Positions 26,801 to 35,652 of a DNA stretch of 50,659 nt are shown here, piece by piece (the first letter of the stretch is position 1; every line of letters starts with the position of its first letter). The stretch is from an uncultured Bacilli bacterium (GTDB taxonomy: Bacteria; Bacillota_I; Bacilli_A; RF39; UBA660). Under the pieces are notes generated by a model that worked only from the letters and a program-made list of their open reading frames with translations, was not told the DNA's origin and searched no databases. A program made the position numbers and the translations under genes. The stretch spans positions 1 to 50,659 of the forward strand of contig CANQFG010000004.1 of NCBI GenBank assembly GCA_947598395.1, read 5' to 3'.

Positions 26801-29049
26801 ATGGAATTACCTGAAGCAATCGTCAAACCTAATTGAATGGCATCCGCAGAAATTGGATCTTGTAATTTGATGACATAGTAAGTTCGCTTATTCTCATCTT
26901 GCCGCGTTTGCATCGTCGCTTGAACCGTCGTCTTATTATCGGCTGTCCGTTCTTCTACGGAATTCCAATAATGGACGAGAATATCATTTTTATTGGAAGC
27001 ATTGGTATCATACGTACCTGATTTATATTTATTTGGGAAAGAATCTGGTACCGTAAGGACAATTTCATCCATTTGATAGACTTTATCTAAAACCGTAATA
27101 GGACTATTGATATTATAATAATGGGCACTTACTTGCCAGTCCTTAACTTCATAATAAGTAAGGTAATTATCATCGACGATCGCATATTTATTATCATCGC
27201 TCATCGTCCCTAAGCTATAGATGACATCTTTGATATGATTAGTGCGATTAATATCGGAATTAAAGTCATTGATTAGATTATATTTTGGAGCAATCGTAGC
27301 ATCGGCCTTTAAAGTCTTAGCTTCGACCACTTGCGATTTGCTGCCCTCGCCTAAATCATTATTACCCGTCAAATAAGCTTCATAGGTAACACTGGCCTTT
27401 AAGCCACTTAATCTATAAGATGTACCAGAAATTTCGCGAATGTCGATCCAGGCATCCGTCCCTTTTTCCCGATAGTATAAATTATAGGTTTTGGTATCCT
27501 TCATATCCTTCCAGCTAAATTCAATAGCCGAAAAAGTTGGAACGGCCTTGACCATATCGACAGCTGGTGGAACGCGCGTTGCCGTTGGGGTACCCGTCGC
27601 TTCGACCCAGTCACTGCGCCATTCTTGATTGACCGAACGAACGCGAATTTTATACGTCGTATAGTTATCCAAATCTTCAATCGTAAACGTATTATAAGTC
27701 GTTTGGAAGATCTTTTCTTTTAATTTGCCACCCGTTATTTCGATTTCATAACCCGTAACATTGGTTGCATGTTGGAAATTGACCGTCAATTGTTCACTTT
27801 GAGAACCATCGATTTTGAGATTTTTAGGAGCTCCAAAACCAGTTGGCGCCTTGGTCTCAACTTTGACATTATTTAAAAATTCGACTTTGGCAATATCGGC
27901 CAAATTGTTCGTCATCTCCGTTATATTGATCGTAACTTTCTTGACGGCTACTTGGCTTCCCAAATCGACGACGATACTTCCAGCAGTGGCATCATCCGTA
28001 AATTTGTGAATTCCTTGTGTCGATTCGTTAGTAACGTTTTTGACAATTGGCTTATTGCGCCCTTCGACTTCAATTTCAAAAGTCATCGCCTTTGGAACAT
28101 TATCGCCAACCGCGACCCGAATTTGACTCATTTCAACAGCCTTAGAATTATTTTTGCTCGTCAAATCGATGCCAAAACTGACTTCGGGATTTTCCTCCGT
28201 AGCTTGAAAGCGAACGACGCCTTCATCACTTAAGATACTGCTAATATCGCTGCTGCCCTCGGCAATGGCCTCGACTGGAACATCAAAAGTGACATCCTTG
28301 CTATCGATAATCGCCGTCGTATCTTCTCTTTCGAGTTTCCGACGCGTACCATAGAGCATAGCCGTAACATAATTCAAATCGGCAATATCGACTTCGCCAT
28401 CCAAGTTTAAATCATAACTCTTATCGTTCTTTGCAATGGCCTCTTGCATCAATTTGAAGTCCGCTTCGTCGACTAAATTATCGCCATTGACATCCCCGAT
28501 TTCAAAAAGACCTAATTCATTGGAAAGACTTATCCGTTGAGAGAAATCCTTTAAGGTTACATCAAAACTATAAGTGACGAAATTCTTACCACTTAAAGTT
28601 AGAGTATAAGTTCCCCGATCTAATGAATATAAGTTGATGCTAAAATAGACGATATTTTCACTATAGGAAACGCCACTTAGCAAACTACCATTTTTATCGC
28701 GTTTCGTCGCCAAAAACCGAACGCTTTGATCTCCAATTTTGACATTGCTCGTATATATGCCATCTTGAGCTTTCGTCGTAATATCATTAAAATCGATCTT
28801 ACCCGAATTCTTATCTTTATCGGCAATCGTCATCGTAATATTACTCTTCTCACGATTGTGAATTGGCAATGCCAAATGCAATTCGACTTCGATATTGCCC
28901 TTTGATGGAATGCTTTCATCCATCTCCGTCTTAGCAATTGTTGGCGCACTAATTATATCATTGGCCAAAACGATGATTGGCATAAAATAATTAAGGATAA
29001 TTGCTAACACCATAATCGAAGTGAATAATTTTTTTGCAATTTTTCTCAT
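23869..29049 (-). CDS. 1726-aa secreted multidomain M60-like (enhancin-type) zinc metallopeptidase with dockerin-type module, FN3 and discoidin-like domains
   Basis: Signal peptide. Dockerin-type duplicated Ca-binding loops GDVNGDNLVDEAD...DLNLDGEVDIADLNYV (about 28366-28497). FN3-like repeats (e.g. VTGYEIEI..YKIRVRSVN; YNLYYREKGTDAW). Zinc site GWGISHEIGHQ...E (HEIGH at 25681-25695). C-terminal carbohydrate-binding-like modules. Confidence 0.75.
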   Translation of the reverse strand: MRKIAKKLFTSIMVLAIILNYFMPIIVLANDIISAPTIAKTEMDESIPSKGNIEVELHLALPIHNREKSNITMTIADKDKNSGKIDFNDITTKAQDGIYTSNVKIGDQSVRFLATKRDKNGSLLSGVSYSENIVYFSINLYSLDRGTYTLTLSGKNFVTYSFDVTLKDFSQRISLSNELGLFEIGDVNGDNLVDEADFKLMQEAIAKNDKSYDLNLDGEVDIADLNYVTAMLYGTRRKLEREDTTAIIDSKDVTFDVPVEAIAEGSSDISSILSDEGVVRFQATEENPEVSFGIDLTSKNNSKAVEMSQIRVAVGDNVPKAMTFEIEVEGRNKPIVKNVTNESTQGIHKFTDDATAGSIVVDLGSQVAVKKVTINITEMTNNLADIAKVEFLNNVKVETKAPTGFGAPKNLKIDGSQSEQLTVNFQHATNVTGYEIEITGGKLKEKIFQTTYNTFTIEDLDNYTTYKIRVRSVNQEWRSDWVEATGTPTATRVPPAVDMVKAVPTFSAIEFSWKDMKDTKTYNLYYREKGTDAWIDIREISGTSYRLSGLKASVTYEAYLTGNNDLGEGSKSQVVEAKTLKADATIAPKYNLINDFNSDINRTNHIKDVIYSLGTMSDDNKYAIVDDNYLTYYEVKDWQVSAHYYNINSPITVLDKVYQMDEIVLTVPDSFPNKYKSGTYDTNASNKNDILVHYWNSVEERTADNKTTVQATMQTRQDENKRTYYVIKLQDPISADAIQLGLTIASGNSIQIDELKFYKYDSLVDDVAALFTDDLRISLKEDVTQDKIDELRKRADNKDNGEYSPYRDSVLADLDYAEKILKDEKLDDIITLDPNYANAYNGHLKFAMSISDYQPLGIVARPGETLNVYVGTNSNNVNAEIVFTQFYAEANAWNATASQTLQKGLNVITVPTIGSAAVERGGSVYIRYKNKPDNNPIRVRVSGGTKIPVLDTTGLNASDKKAAIQKYIGELKDFNASLPGLYQAENKTFDKATSVLSSTEIVTEHGLLSVSSMAVEDALVSGADTIEAQIDRLDETTLAFDEMMEMFYRQKGLQRNAADPADEMPKARINIRYMRMFDGAFMYAGGYHIGIGYGSIAGLIQAHRNREDATGYFGWGISHEIGHQINQSSTVFAEVTNNIYALLAQTSNDNDKSRLEINDIYDKIYEKVTSHTLGRAQNVFVQLGMYWQLHLAYDDEATFADTNSILARINHISRTYDNKNKYGRDDLTILFASMAANKNLIPFFEAWGLKASDKVAAEIAELGYETETKALYYLNDAARRYRLNTNIAIAPTTKVEASIGEVNNADKRVSIEFKTNGEANRILGYEILRNGESIAFVTGDKTSYIDNIGAENNRAYTYSVVAYDYLLNKTEATVLDEVKVSHDGSIKKDLFTIESNVSDENESIDFEDDTMDYGKLSNRLLIDDDNETAFNGTKKVKNLTHKLPKDVNASNAYIMLNLNDVFSISGIKYRAKVNGDTIDANTIGKYKVYVSSDAENWILANSGTFDLNKDNDYTNTVYFMQEGTTSKTQLWTYDNVSYVLLVSDGKTSLSGSELNVIAPPGDNIDISLTSDNTPVMGILDYDYCYLTDGCTEKDEKGETIGLIKAGSVIIKGSYTGSPSFNVLLLGDADDINKNYAGYQLLFAELNADNSVYDVAKGTWLYVMTQEEYTKMYNGSKAIRAYLYRVNDAIENKGQRLTSTSKAVTELVEYGRLGTMSITSGDVNKED

Positions 29050-29254
29050 CTTTCACACACCTCTTGATTTAAATTTTATAATATGTTTCTAAGTATTTCA
29101 ACAAAAATCTTCGTTATTTTCTACTCTAATATTAAAATATGTTCGTCGAATAAAAAAGTATCACTAAAATTAATATATTCAAGCGATAAGTTTAAGGATA
29201 CTGGCTCTTTATCCAAAAAGATATTCATTAGAAAACAAGTCTTTAAAGGCTTGT

Positions 29255-30136
29255 CTATTCCACTTCGATAAGTTCGTAATCCGTCGTGCCAATTCCTAAC
29301 TCATTTGCCGCTTCAATCGTATGCATTCCATGGCGGGAATTAATCCGCTCTAACAAGTGATCGCGTCCCGGATCAGAAGAATTTTTAACCAAATCGATGC
29401 ACGCTTGATCGATGGCTACGGGATCTAAACTGGCAAGAATACCAATATCTTTCATGCAGGGATCTTCGGCGACATTACAGCAGTCACAGTCGACGCTCAT
29501 GTTGGCCATGACATTTATATAGGCAATATTTCCGGCAAAATGTTTGACGACCGAACTGGCCGCATCGGCCATCGATTCTAAGAATTTCAATTGATCGGCT
29601 TTAAACATATCTTCATAGGAAGCATTTTCCGCACCGGTACAATGAATATATCTCTTGCCCTTGCTCGAGGCAATACCAATCGATAATTGCTTTAAAGCTC
29701 CGCCATAGCCACCCATAGGATGTCCCTTAAAATGGGATAAGACGAGCATGGAATCATAGTTAAATAGCTTTTTACCGACATAATTTTTCTTGATTACGGC
29801 CCCATCGGGAATTTCCAAGACGGCATCGGGTCCCTCGCTATCGAGAATATCGACATCGAAGTACTTGCTCCAACCATGGCTTTCCATCAACTTTTGATGC
29901 TTTTCCGTCGTATCACGAGCCCCGTCATAGGCCGTATTGCATTCGACAACCGTTCCTTTGACATATTCGACCATCGGTTTCATAAATTCGGGATGAAGAT
30001 AATTTTGATTGCCCTCCTCGCCCGAATGGACTTTAACAGCAACCTTACCCGGCAAAACAATTCCCAATTTTTGATATAATTTAACGACATTTTCCGGAGT
30101 TATCTCCTTAATAAAATATACTTTTGCTTTTTCCAT
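29255..30136 (-). CDS. DUF362-domain protein (COG2768-type putative Fe-S protein)
   Basis: AKVYFIKEI..VAVKVHSGEEGNQNYLHPEF..VECNTAY and the Cys cluster VDCDCCNV. ATG 30136 has an AAAGGA RBS. Confidence 0.6.
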   Translation of the reverse strand: MEKAKVYFIKEITPENVVKLYQKLGIVLPGKVAVKVHSGEEGNQNYLHPEFMKPMVEYVKGTVVECNTAYDGARDTTEKHQKLMESHGWSKYFDVDILDSEGPDAVLEIPDGAVIKKNYVGKKLFNYDSMLVLSHFKGHPMGGYGGALKQLSIGIASSKGKRYIHCTGAENASYEDMFKADQLKFLESMADAASSVVKHFAGNIAYINVMANMSVDCDCCNVAEDPCMKDIGILASLDPVAIDQACIDLVKNSSDPGRDHLLERINSRHGMHTIEAANELGIGTTDYELIEVE

Positions 30137-30234
30137 ATTTTTTCCTTTCATCTTACTACTATCATAAGTATATCATGAAGTAATATCAATTGTAAGTTTA
30201 TTTAATCAAATTTTTTTATGTCCTATCCCCACAA

Positions 30235-31173
30235 TTATTCATCTTTTAAATTATTGAGATAGGTCATGGCCAATGTTGCCGCAATCGTTCCATCGGCGAC
30301 GGCCGTCGTAAGTTGGCGAACATCTTTCGTCCGCGCATCGCCAGCCACATAGATGCCCTCGCAATTCGTCTCGCCATTTGCACTGACGATATAGCCATCA
30401 GAATCGAGCTTTAAGATGTTTTCAAAGGCCGTATTATTGGGCGTTAGGCCAATAGCTATAAAGAGACCAGAAACGGCAAGATCTTCGAGAGTTCCATCGT
30501 GCCTAATGGTAACGCTTTCGAGCTTATCACTCCCCTTTAGGGTTTCTACTTCGGCATTTAAGATGAGTTCGATATTATCCTTTTTATGAACTTCTTCGAT
30601 ATAGGCATCTTGCGCTTTAAAGGTATTGCACCGATGAATTAGATAGACTTTACGAGCCAAATTAGCTAAATAGAGAGCTTCTTCCAAGGCCGTATTTCCG
30701 CCCCCGACGACGGCAACATCTAAATCTTTAAAGAAGGCCCCATCGCAGGTAGCACAATAGGATATTCCATGGCCAACAAATTCCTCTTCCCGTTCGATAT
30801 TTAACTTGCGTCGTTCACAACCGGTGGCAATGATGATGCTCTTGGCCTGATACGTATCCTTATTGGTAATAACCGTCTTATCTTTAAGAACCTCTTGCAC
30901 CCTCTCATAACGGATCATTCCTCCTAAAGACAGAACTTGATTGTAAAGCGTCGTGGCATAATCAAAACCCGAAATGGCACTTATTCCCGGATAATTTTCA
31001 ATGCGATGGGCATTGATTATTTGCCCACCATAACTCTTAGCTTCTAATAGCAGAACCTTTTTATTGGCCCGCAAGGCATATAAGGCACTCGTCAAGCCCG
31101 CTGGCCCCGCCCCAACAATAATAATATCGTACATCGTCATCCCACTCTTCTCATTAATTTCATTGTACTGCAT
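30235..31173 (-). CDS. trxB: Thioredoxin-disulfide reductase
   Basis: FAD motif IIIVGAGPAGLTSALYA, redox-active CATCDG and NADPH motif VVGGGNTALEEALYL. The true start is probably an internal Met (31140 or 31134). Confidence 0.9.
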   Translation of the reverse strand: MQYNEINEKSGMTMYDIIIVGAGPAGLTSALYALRANKKVLLLEAKSYGGQIINAHRIENYPGISAISGFDYATTLYNQVLSLGGMIRYERVQEVLKDKTVITNKDTYQAKSIIIATGCERRKLNIEREEEFVGHGISYCATCDGAFFKDLDVAVVGGGNTALEEALYLANLARKVYLIHRCNTFKAQDAYIEEVHKKDNIELILNAEVETLKGSDKLESVTIRHDGTLEDLAVSGLFIAIGLTPNNTAFENILKLDSDGYIVSANGETNCEGIYVAGDARTKDVRQLTTAVADGTIAATLAMTYLNNLKDE

Positions 31174-31214
31174 CTCTTAGGTTAAAGTAAACAAAAAGGA
31201 ATATTTTCATATCC

Positions 31215-31646
31215 TTATTTGATCGTAAATTCGGCCGAAATATATTGCTTATCATCGGTATCCGATAGCACTTCTTTGACAATGCGATAATCGCCTCTTT
31301 TTAACGAGCCATAAATTTCTTCCCAATTTTGGGTCATTTCCAACTTGCCCGTCTCCCCAACGACATAGCCGAGTTCATTGAAGCGCGGATTTTCCCCGAT
31401 ATATTTTACCTCTTCCCATTTATTTTTACCCCGTCGATCGATGCGAAACCATTGGCCGAAGACGCTGCCGACAGGGGCTTCGATGGTTAGATCTAAACTC
31501 GTCTTAGAAAGCGTCTTTTTATCGATCGTCATCGAGACATCGGCGACTTTATTCATATTGGCCTCATCGGCAATTTCCTTCTTGCCACAGCCTGCTAGTG
31601 CCAAACTGACAACTACTAATAAAAGACAAAATAATGTTTTCTTCAT
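31215..31646 (-). CDS. Lipoprotein of unknown function
   Basis: Signal peptide with a lipobox (LALAGC), an AAGGAG RBS and a small beta-rich mature domain. Confidence 0.7.
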   Translation of the reverse strand: MKKTLFCLLLVVVSLALAGCGKKEIADEANMNKVADVSMTIDKKTLSKTSLDLTIEAPVGSVFGQWFRIDRRGKNKWEEVKYIGENPRFNELGYVVGETGKLEMTQNWEEIYGSLKRGDYRIVKEVLSDTDDKQYISAEFTIK

Positions 31647-31661
31647 ATATTCTAATTCTCC

Positions 31662-32321
31662 TTAAATTCCTTCAAATTCAACTAATGGTTCACCATTTAA
31701 TAATACGATGGGTTTACGCCCAATCTTTTTGGCAAAAGCCTTAATGGCCTTCAAGGTTTTAATCGTAAAGTAATAGTCCAGCATTTCGGCCAAATTAAGA
31801 TCTGCATCGGTGATAAAATTGACTTTTAGAGTTTCATCATCGATGGTGAGGACGATATCTTCGATATGGCGATATTCCCGCATTCCCGGTATTATGAGTC
31901 CACCCGGTGCCACCCGCGTCTTCTTGATATCCAATTTATCGGCCAAGATCAAGGTAAGCTGTATGATATTATCGGTATCAAACCCCGAACTATGATTGGC
32001 AATGGCTTCCAAGACTTCCCGTTCATGACATAATTTTATTCCCTGTCTCTTTAAATACGCGCTGGCCCACTTAAAACTCCGTTCGGGATGTCCATCTTTG
32101 CCCTCGAGGACTCCGACATCGTGAAGAATGCCGGCCACGAGTGCCTCATCGATAAACGCTTCGTCATACCCAAGAGGCCTTAAAACGCTTTCCATCGTCG
32201 CACAGACATTCAAGACATGGCACAAATCATGATAGGCAATTTGCCCATCCGCATCTTTAATTCTTTGATATATTGCAATGACTTCGGGATCATCTCTTAT
32301 CTTTTCAAAATTGGTATACAT
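31662..32321 (-). CDS. HD-domain phosphohydrolase
   Basis: H...HD motif (YHDLCHVLNV ... GILHDVG). ATG 32321 (MYTNFEKI) has an AAGGA RBS and removes the overlap with the upstream gene. Confidence 0.7.
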   Translation of the reverse strand: MYTNFEKIRDDPEVIAIYQRIKDADGQIAYHDLCHVLNVCATMESVLRPLGYDEAFIDEALVAGILHDVGVLEGKDGHPERSFKWASAYLKRQGIKLCHEREVLEAIANHSSGFDTDNIIQLTLILADKLDIKKTRVAPGGLIIPGMREYRHIEDIVLTIDDETLKVNFITDADLNLAEMLDYYFTIKTLKAIKAFAKKIGRKPIVLLNGEPLVEFEGI

Positions 32322-32322
32322 C

Positions 32323-32832
32323 TTATTTTTCCTTTTTATCTTCATTCAAATAATTTAAAATCTTATTTTGATTTTGCAATACCTTTTCGATTTGATCGTG
32401 CAATTGCTCCAAGATAAGTTCACTCTTTAAATCCGTATGATAATCATTCTTATTCCGAATCGTATCCTTTTTAGCTTGTCGATTTTGACTCATCATAATT
32501 ACCGGTGCTTGCAAAGCTGCTAAACACGAAAGCAATAAATTTAATAGGATAAAGGGAAAGGGATCGATGGCATTACTGGCTAATAATACGCCATTTAAGA
32601 TAATCCAAAATAACAAAAAGAGGACAAAGCCAATGATAAAGGACCACGAACCGGCAATGGCACTCAAGCGATCAGCTACTTTATCGCCAAACGTCATCTT
32701 CTCATCATTTTCCTTATCGACATCCACCGTTATCGAACTATTGACTAATAAATCGATTAACTCCTCTTCATCTCTTTCACCCAAATCTTGATTAAGTAAC
32801 ATCTTGACAATTTCTTTTTTCTTTTTTTCCAT
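32323..32832 (-). CDS. DUF1003-family membrane protein
   Basis: Two TM helices and the conserved stretch DPFPFILLNLLLSCLAALQAPVIMMSQNRQ, followed by a coiled C-terminus. Confidence 0.7.
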   Translation of the reverse strand: MEKKKKEIVKMLLNQDLGERDEEELIDLLVNSSITVDVDKENDEKMTFGDKVADRLSAIAGSWSFIIGFVLFLLFWIILNGVLLASNAIDPFPFILLNLLLSCLAALQAPVIMMSQNRQAKKDTIRNKNDYHTDLKSELILEQLHDQIEKVLQNQNKILNYLNEDKKEK

Positions 32833-32903
32833 AACTTAACCTCTACTCTTTATAAACATATTATAAACGATTTTTATAATCCCTAAAATAGTTATTTATT
32901 ATT

Positions 32904-34745
32904 TTATTTAAAAATTCTTTCGATAAAGGCAATAAAATCTTGAATGACATTGCTCGTCTTACTCGAATAAATCGTCTCTTTAGCCAAATTAATATCATCG
33001 GTTATAATATTGTCGACATCTAAATCGATCATGCGCGCAATATTTTCCTCGGTATTAATCGTCCAAGCATAGATACTCCGTCCCTTATTGTGAACTTTAT
33101 CGACCAAAGTCTTGGTAATACTCGAAGCTTCGATGCTATAATTATCGGCATATTCTAATTTCGTTATATCCCCATAAGCTAAACTCATGACATAGACGGT
33201 CGTAATATCGGGATCATATTCCTTGACATTTTTTAAGACATCATAAACTTGCGAAGTTACGACACATAAATCGGCATAATCATATTTTCTGATGATATCG
33301 ATGACATATTTTTCAAAATCCGTCTCATGACCCGTCGGTTTCAATTCGATATTTAATTTGAGATTGTTATCCTTGGCATATTTGATGACATCTTCTAAAA
33401 GGGGAATGCGTTCATCGGCAAATTCCGTACTAAAGAAACTGCCCGCATCTAATTTTTGAATCTCTTCATAATCCGTCTCCCAAGTATTTTTACTTTCACC
33501 CGTCGTTCGGCGCAAATTCGTATCGTGGAGGACAATGATTTTCTTATCCTTCGTCTGTTGAACATCTAGTTCGATCCAGTCGGCACCCATCTCTTTGGCC
33601 CCAACAAAAGCCGCCATCGTATTTTCGGGATAAAAGGCCGATGCTCCCCGATGGGCCGTTACTTCAATTTTTCGAAGGTGTTCGATCTTTAAATCGACAT
33701 TGCCAGTAGCAACTAAGAAGGTAAGCACCATGCCACTTCCTATGACGAGAAGAGATGCCAATATCATCACAAAGCGACTTCTACTTTCAAGTTCAACATC
33801 CGCTTGCCCCTTGATCTTTAAGGGTTTAATCGTCTCGTGTTGAGCTTCTAAATGCCGATAAAATAATAAACTAATGATGGCATAACTGATCGGCGTCGAA
33901 AGAATCGTCATTACCATAAAGGAAAGGGCCATAAAGAGCCAAATTATCGTTATCGATAGATTGCCGAAGATATTGACTTTGCCCATTAATTTATAGATAC
34001 CCATAATCAAGATAATGCCTAAGAGGACACTCAAGACATACGCAACACCAATGCCGACTTGCGTTAGCATAATCGTAAGAAAATCCTTGATCTTCGATTT
34101 CTTGCCGAGATTGATACTGCGTCTCTTGGCCTCTTTAAAATTTAAATCTTCCAAGACAAAGTAATGGATGACATAGATGAACCGGAATAAGAGCCAAATC
34201 AAGAAGATGACTAATAAGACATAGAGGATCATCAATACCTTATTATCAAAGATAAAATCGAGGATAAATTCGGGAATCTTTATCGTCGTAATAAAACTAG
34301 AAGTAATGCCAATATTTAAAAATGGTATTAAAAAGATAACTAAAAAGATAAAGGGCAAATTCTTCCATTTAAAGACGGCCCGCGCCTTTTGAAGGGCCAA
34401 CATCAAGGCCTCTTGAGCGCGAATTTTCTTTGAGTGATACGAACTATCCAAAATAATGATAATCGTACTAATATCGATTAATATATAAAATGTCAGCAAG
34501 AGCAATAAGATAAAAATAATTACTAGGACGAGCGGATTGGTCAAAAAGGATATGGCATTTTCCAAAGTCAAATATTTATAACCACTGACCCATGTTGCCA
34601 AATGAAAAAGCAACAAAAAGAAGGGAATAAAAATTATCGTCGTCGCCAATTTATAGATTATTTCAAATAATAAAAGCGGCTTTATATTATAACTTATTAT
34701 CGATTTAATCGTCTTTTTTCTCACACATATCACCTTTATATTCAT
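32904..34745 (-). CDS. Membrane-anchored glycerophosphodiester phosphodiesterase (multi-TM N-terminal domain + GDPD domain)
   Basis: About 340 aa of TM helices, then AHRGASAFYPENT and ELDVQQTKDKKIIVLHD. The start may be the GTG at 34724, which has an AAGGTG RBS. Confidence 0.8.
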   Translation of the reverse strand: MNIKVICVRKKTIKSIISYNIKPLLLFEIIYKLATTIIFIPFFLLLFHLATWVSGYKYLTLENAISFLTNPLVLVIIFILLLLLTFYILIDISTIIIILDSSYHSKKIRAQEALMLALQKARAVFKWKNLPFIFLVIFLIPFLNIGITSSFITTIKIPEFILDFIFDNKVLMILYVLLVIFLIWLLFRFIYVIHYFVLEDLNFKEAKRRSINLGKKSKIKDFLTIMLTQVGIGVAYVLSVLLGIILIMGIYKLMGKVNIFGNLSITIIWLFMALSFMVMTILSTPISYAIISLLFYRHLEAQHETIKPLKIKGQADVELESRSRFVMILASLLVIGSGMVLTFLVATGNVDLKIEHLRKIEVTAHRGASAFYPENTMAAFVGAKEMGADWIELDVQQTKDKKIIVLHDTNLRRTTGESKNTWETDYEEIQKLDAGSFFSTEFADERIPLLEDVIKYAKDNNLKLNIELKPTGHETDFEKYVIDIIRKYDYADLCVVTSQVYDVLKNVKEYDPDITTVYVMSLAYGDITKLEYADNYSIEASSITKTLVDKVHNKGRSIYAWTINTEENIARMIDLDVDNIITDDINLAKETIYSSKTSNVIQDFIAFIERIFK

Positions 34746-34825
34746 TATAGCATCATTAACTTCAAAAAATAAATATAAATGATTAAAAAAGATTACTTAC
34801 ATCAGGCAAATAATCTTTTTCATTA

Positions 34826-35542
34826 TTACGACTTACAAAAATTTAATAATTCCGATATCGTAGGCCTCTTCGAATTATAAGTTATTACCCAGTATTCGTC
34901 TTCTTCATCGAAATTACAGCGATAGACATCATAAAATAAGGTATCGTAGTAAATGACATTGCCAGCAGTGGTCGTCCTGATGCGAAACATCGGGGCTTCA
35001 TCGTGCATCCGCACATTTAGATAATCCGTAAATAGCAAGATGCCCATGGCCAAGGCGAAGATACCAAGCGATAAAGATAAGCGCTTAGGCCATTTGCTTT
35101 CCTTTAACATCATGGTAATGCCAACCATAAAGACGAGGATGCCGAAAATCGAATAAATCGAACCCCAACTACTCGCACTTGGGAAGATCATGATGGCCGA
35201 TAAGGCGATAAATAACCCAAAGACGATCAAAATCACCGCGATAACTTGACTATATTTGGTGAGGCGCTTCGTCGAATAATCGATGGTCCGAATGATATTT
35301 TCCTCAAACCTAAGGGGATATTCATCTTTACTCAATTTTTCCCCACTCAATAATTCATTGATGGTAATATCGAGAATTTTACACAAGGGCTTAAAGAGGG
35401 ATAAATCGGGCATATTCTTGCCATTTTCCCAATTGCTTACCGAGCGATCCGTAACGCCGAGTTCTTGTGCCAATTGGGCCTGCGTTATCCGCTTTTTCTT
35501 GCGTTCTTCGGCGATAAACTTGCCAATTTTTTCTTGATCCAT
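34826..35542 (-). CDS. Membrane-tethered XRE-family HTH regulator (paralog C)
   Basis: ATG 35542 (GGAGAAGGAG RBS). N-terminal Cro/C1 HTH MDQEKIGKFIAEERKKKRITQAQLAQELGVTDRSVSNWENG, followed by about 4 TM helices. Confidence 0.75.
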   Translation of the reverse strand: MDQEKIGKFIAEERKKKRITQAQLAQELGVTDRSVSNWENGKNMPDLSLFKPLCKILDITINELLSGEKLSKDEYPLRFEENIIRTIDYSTKRLTKYSQVIAVILIVFGLFIALSAIMIFPSASSWGSIYSIFGILVFMVGITMMLKESKWPKRLSLSLGIFALAMGILLFTDYLNVRMHDEAPMFRIRTTTAGNVIYYDTLFYDVYRCNFDEEDEYWVITYNSKRPTISELLNFCKS

Positions 35543-35652
35543 ACTCCTTCTCCTTTCCAGTTTCAGCATATAATATCTGTGCGGTAAAAAACACGAAATA
35601 GACCTTGATATGGGCAATTTTTTTTATAAAGATAAAATGAATTTAAAGATAA

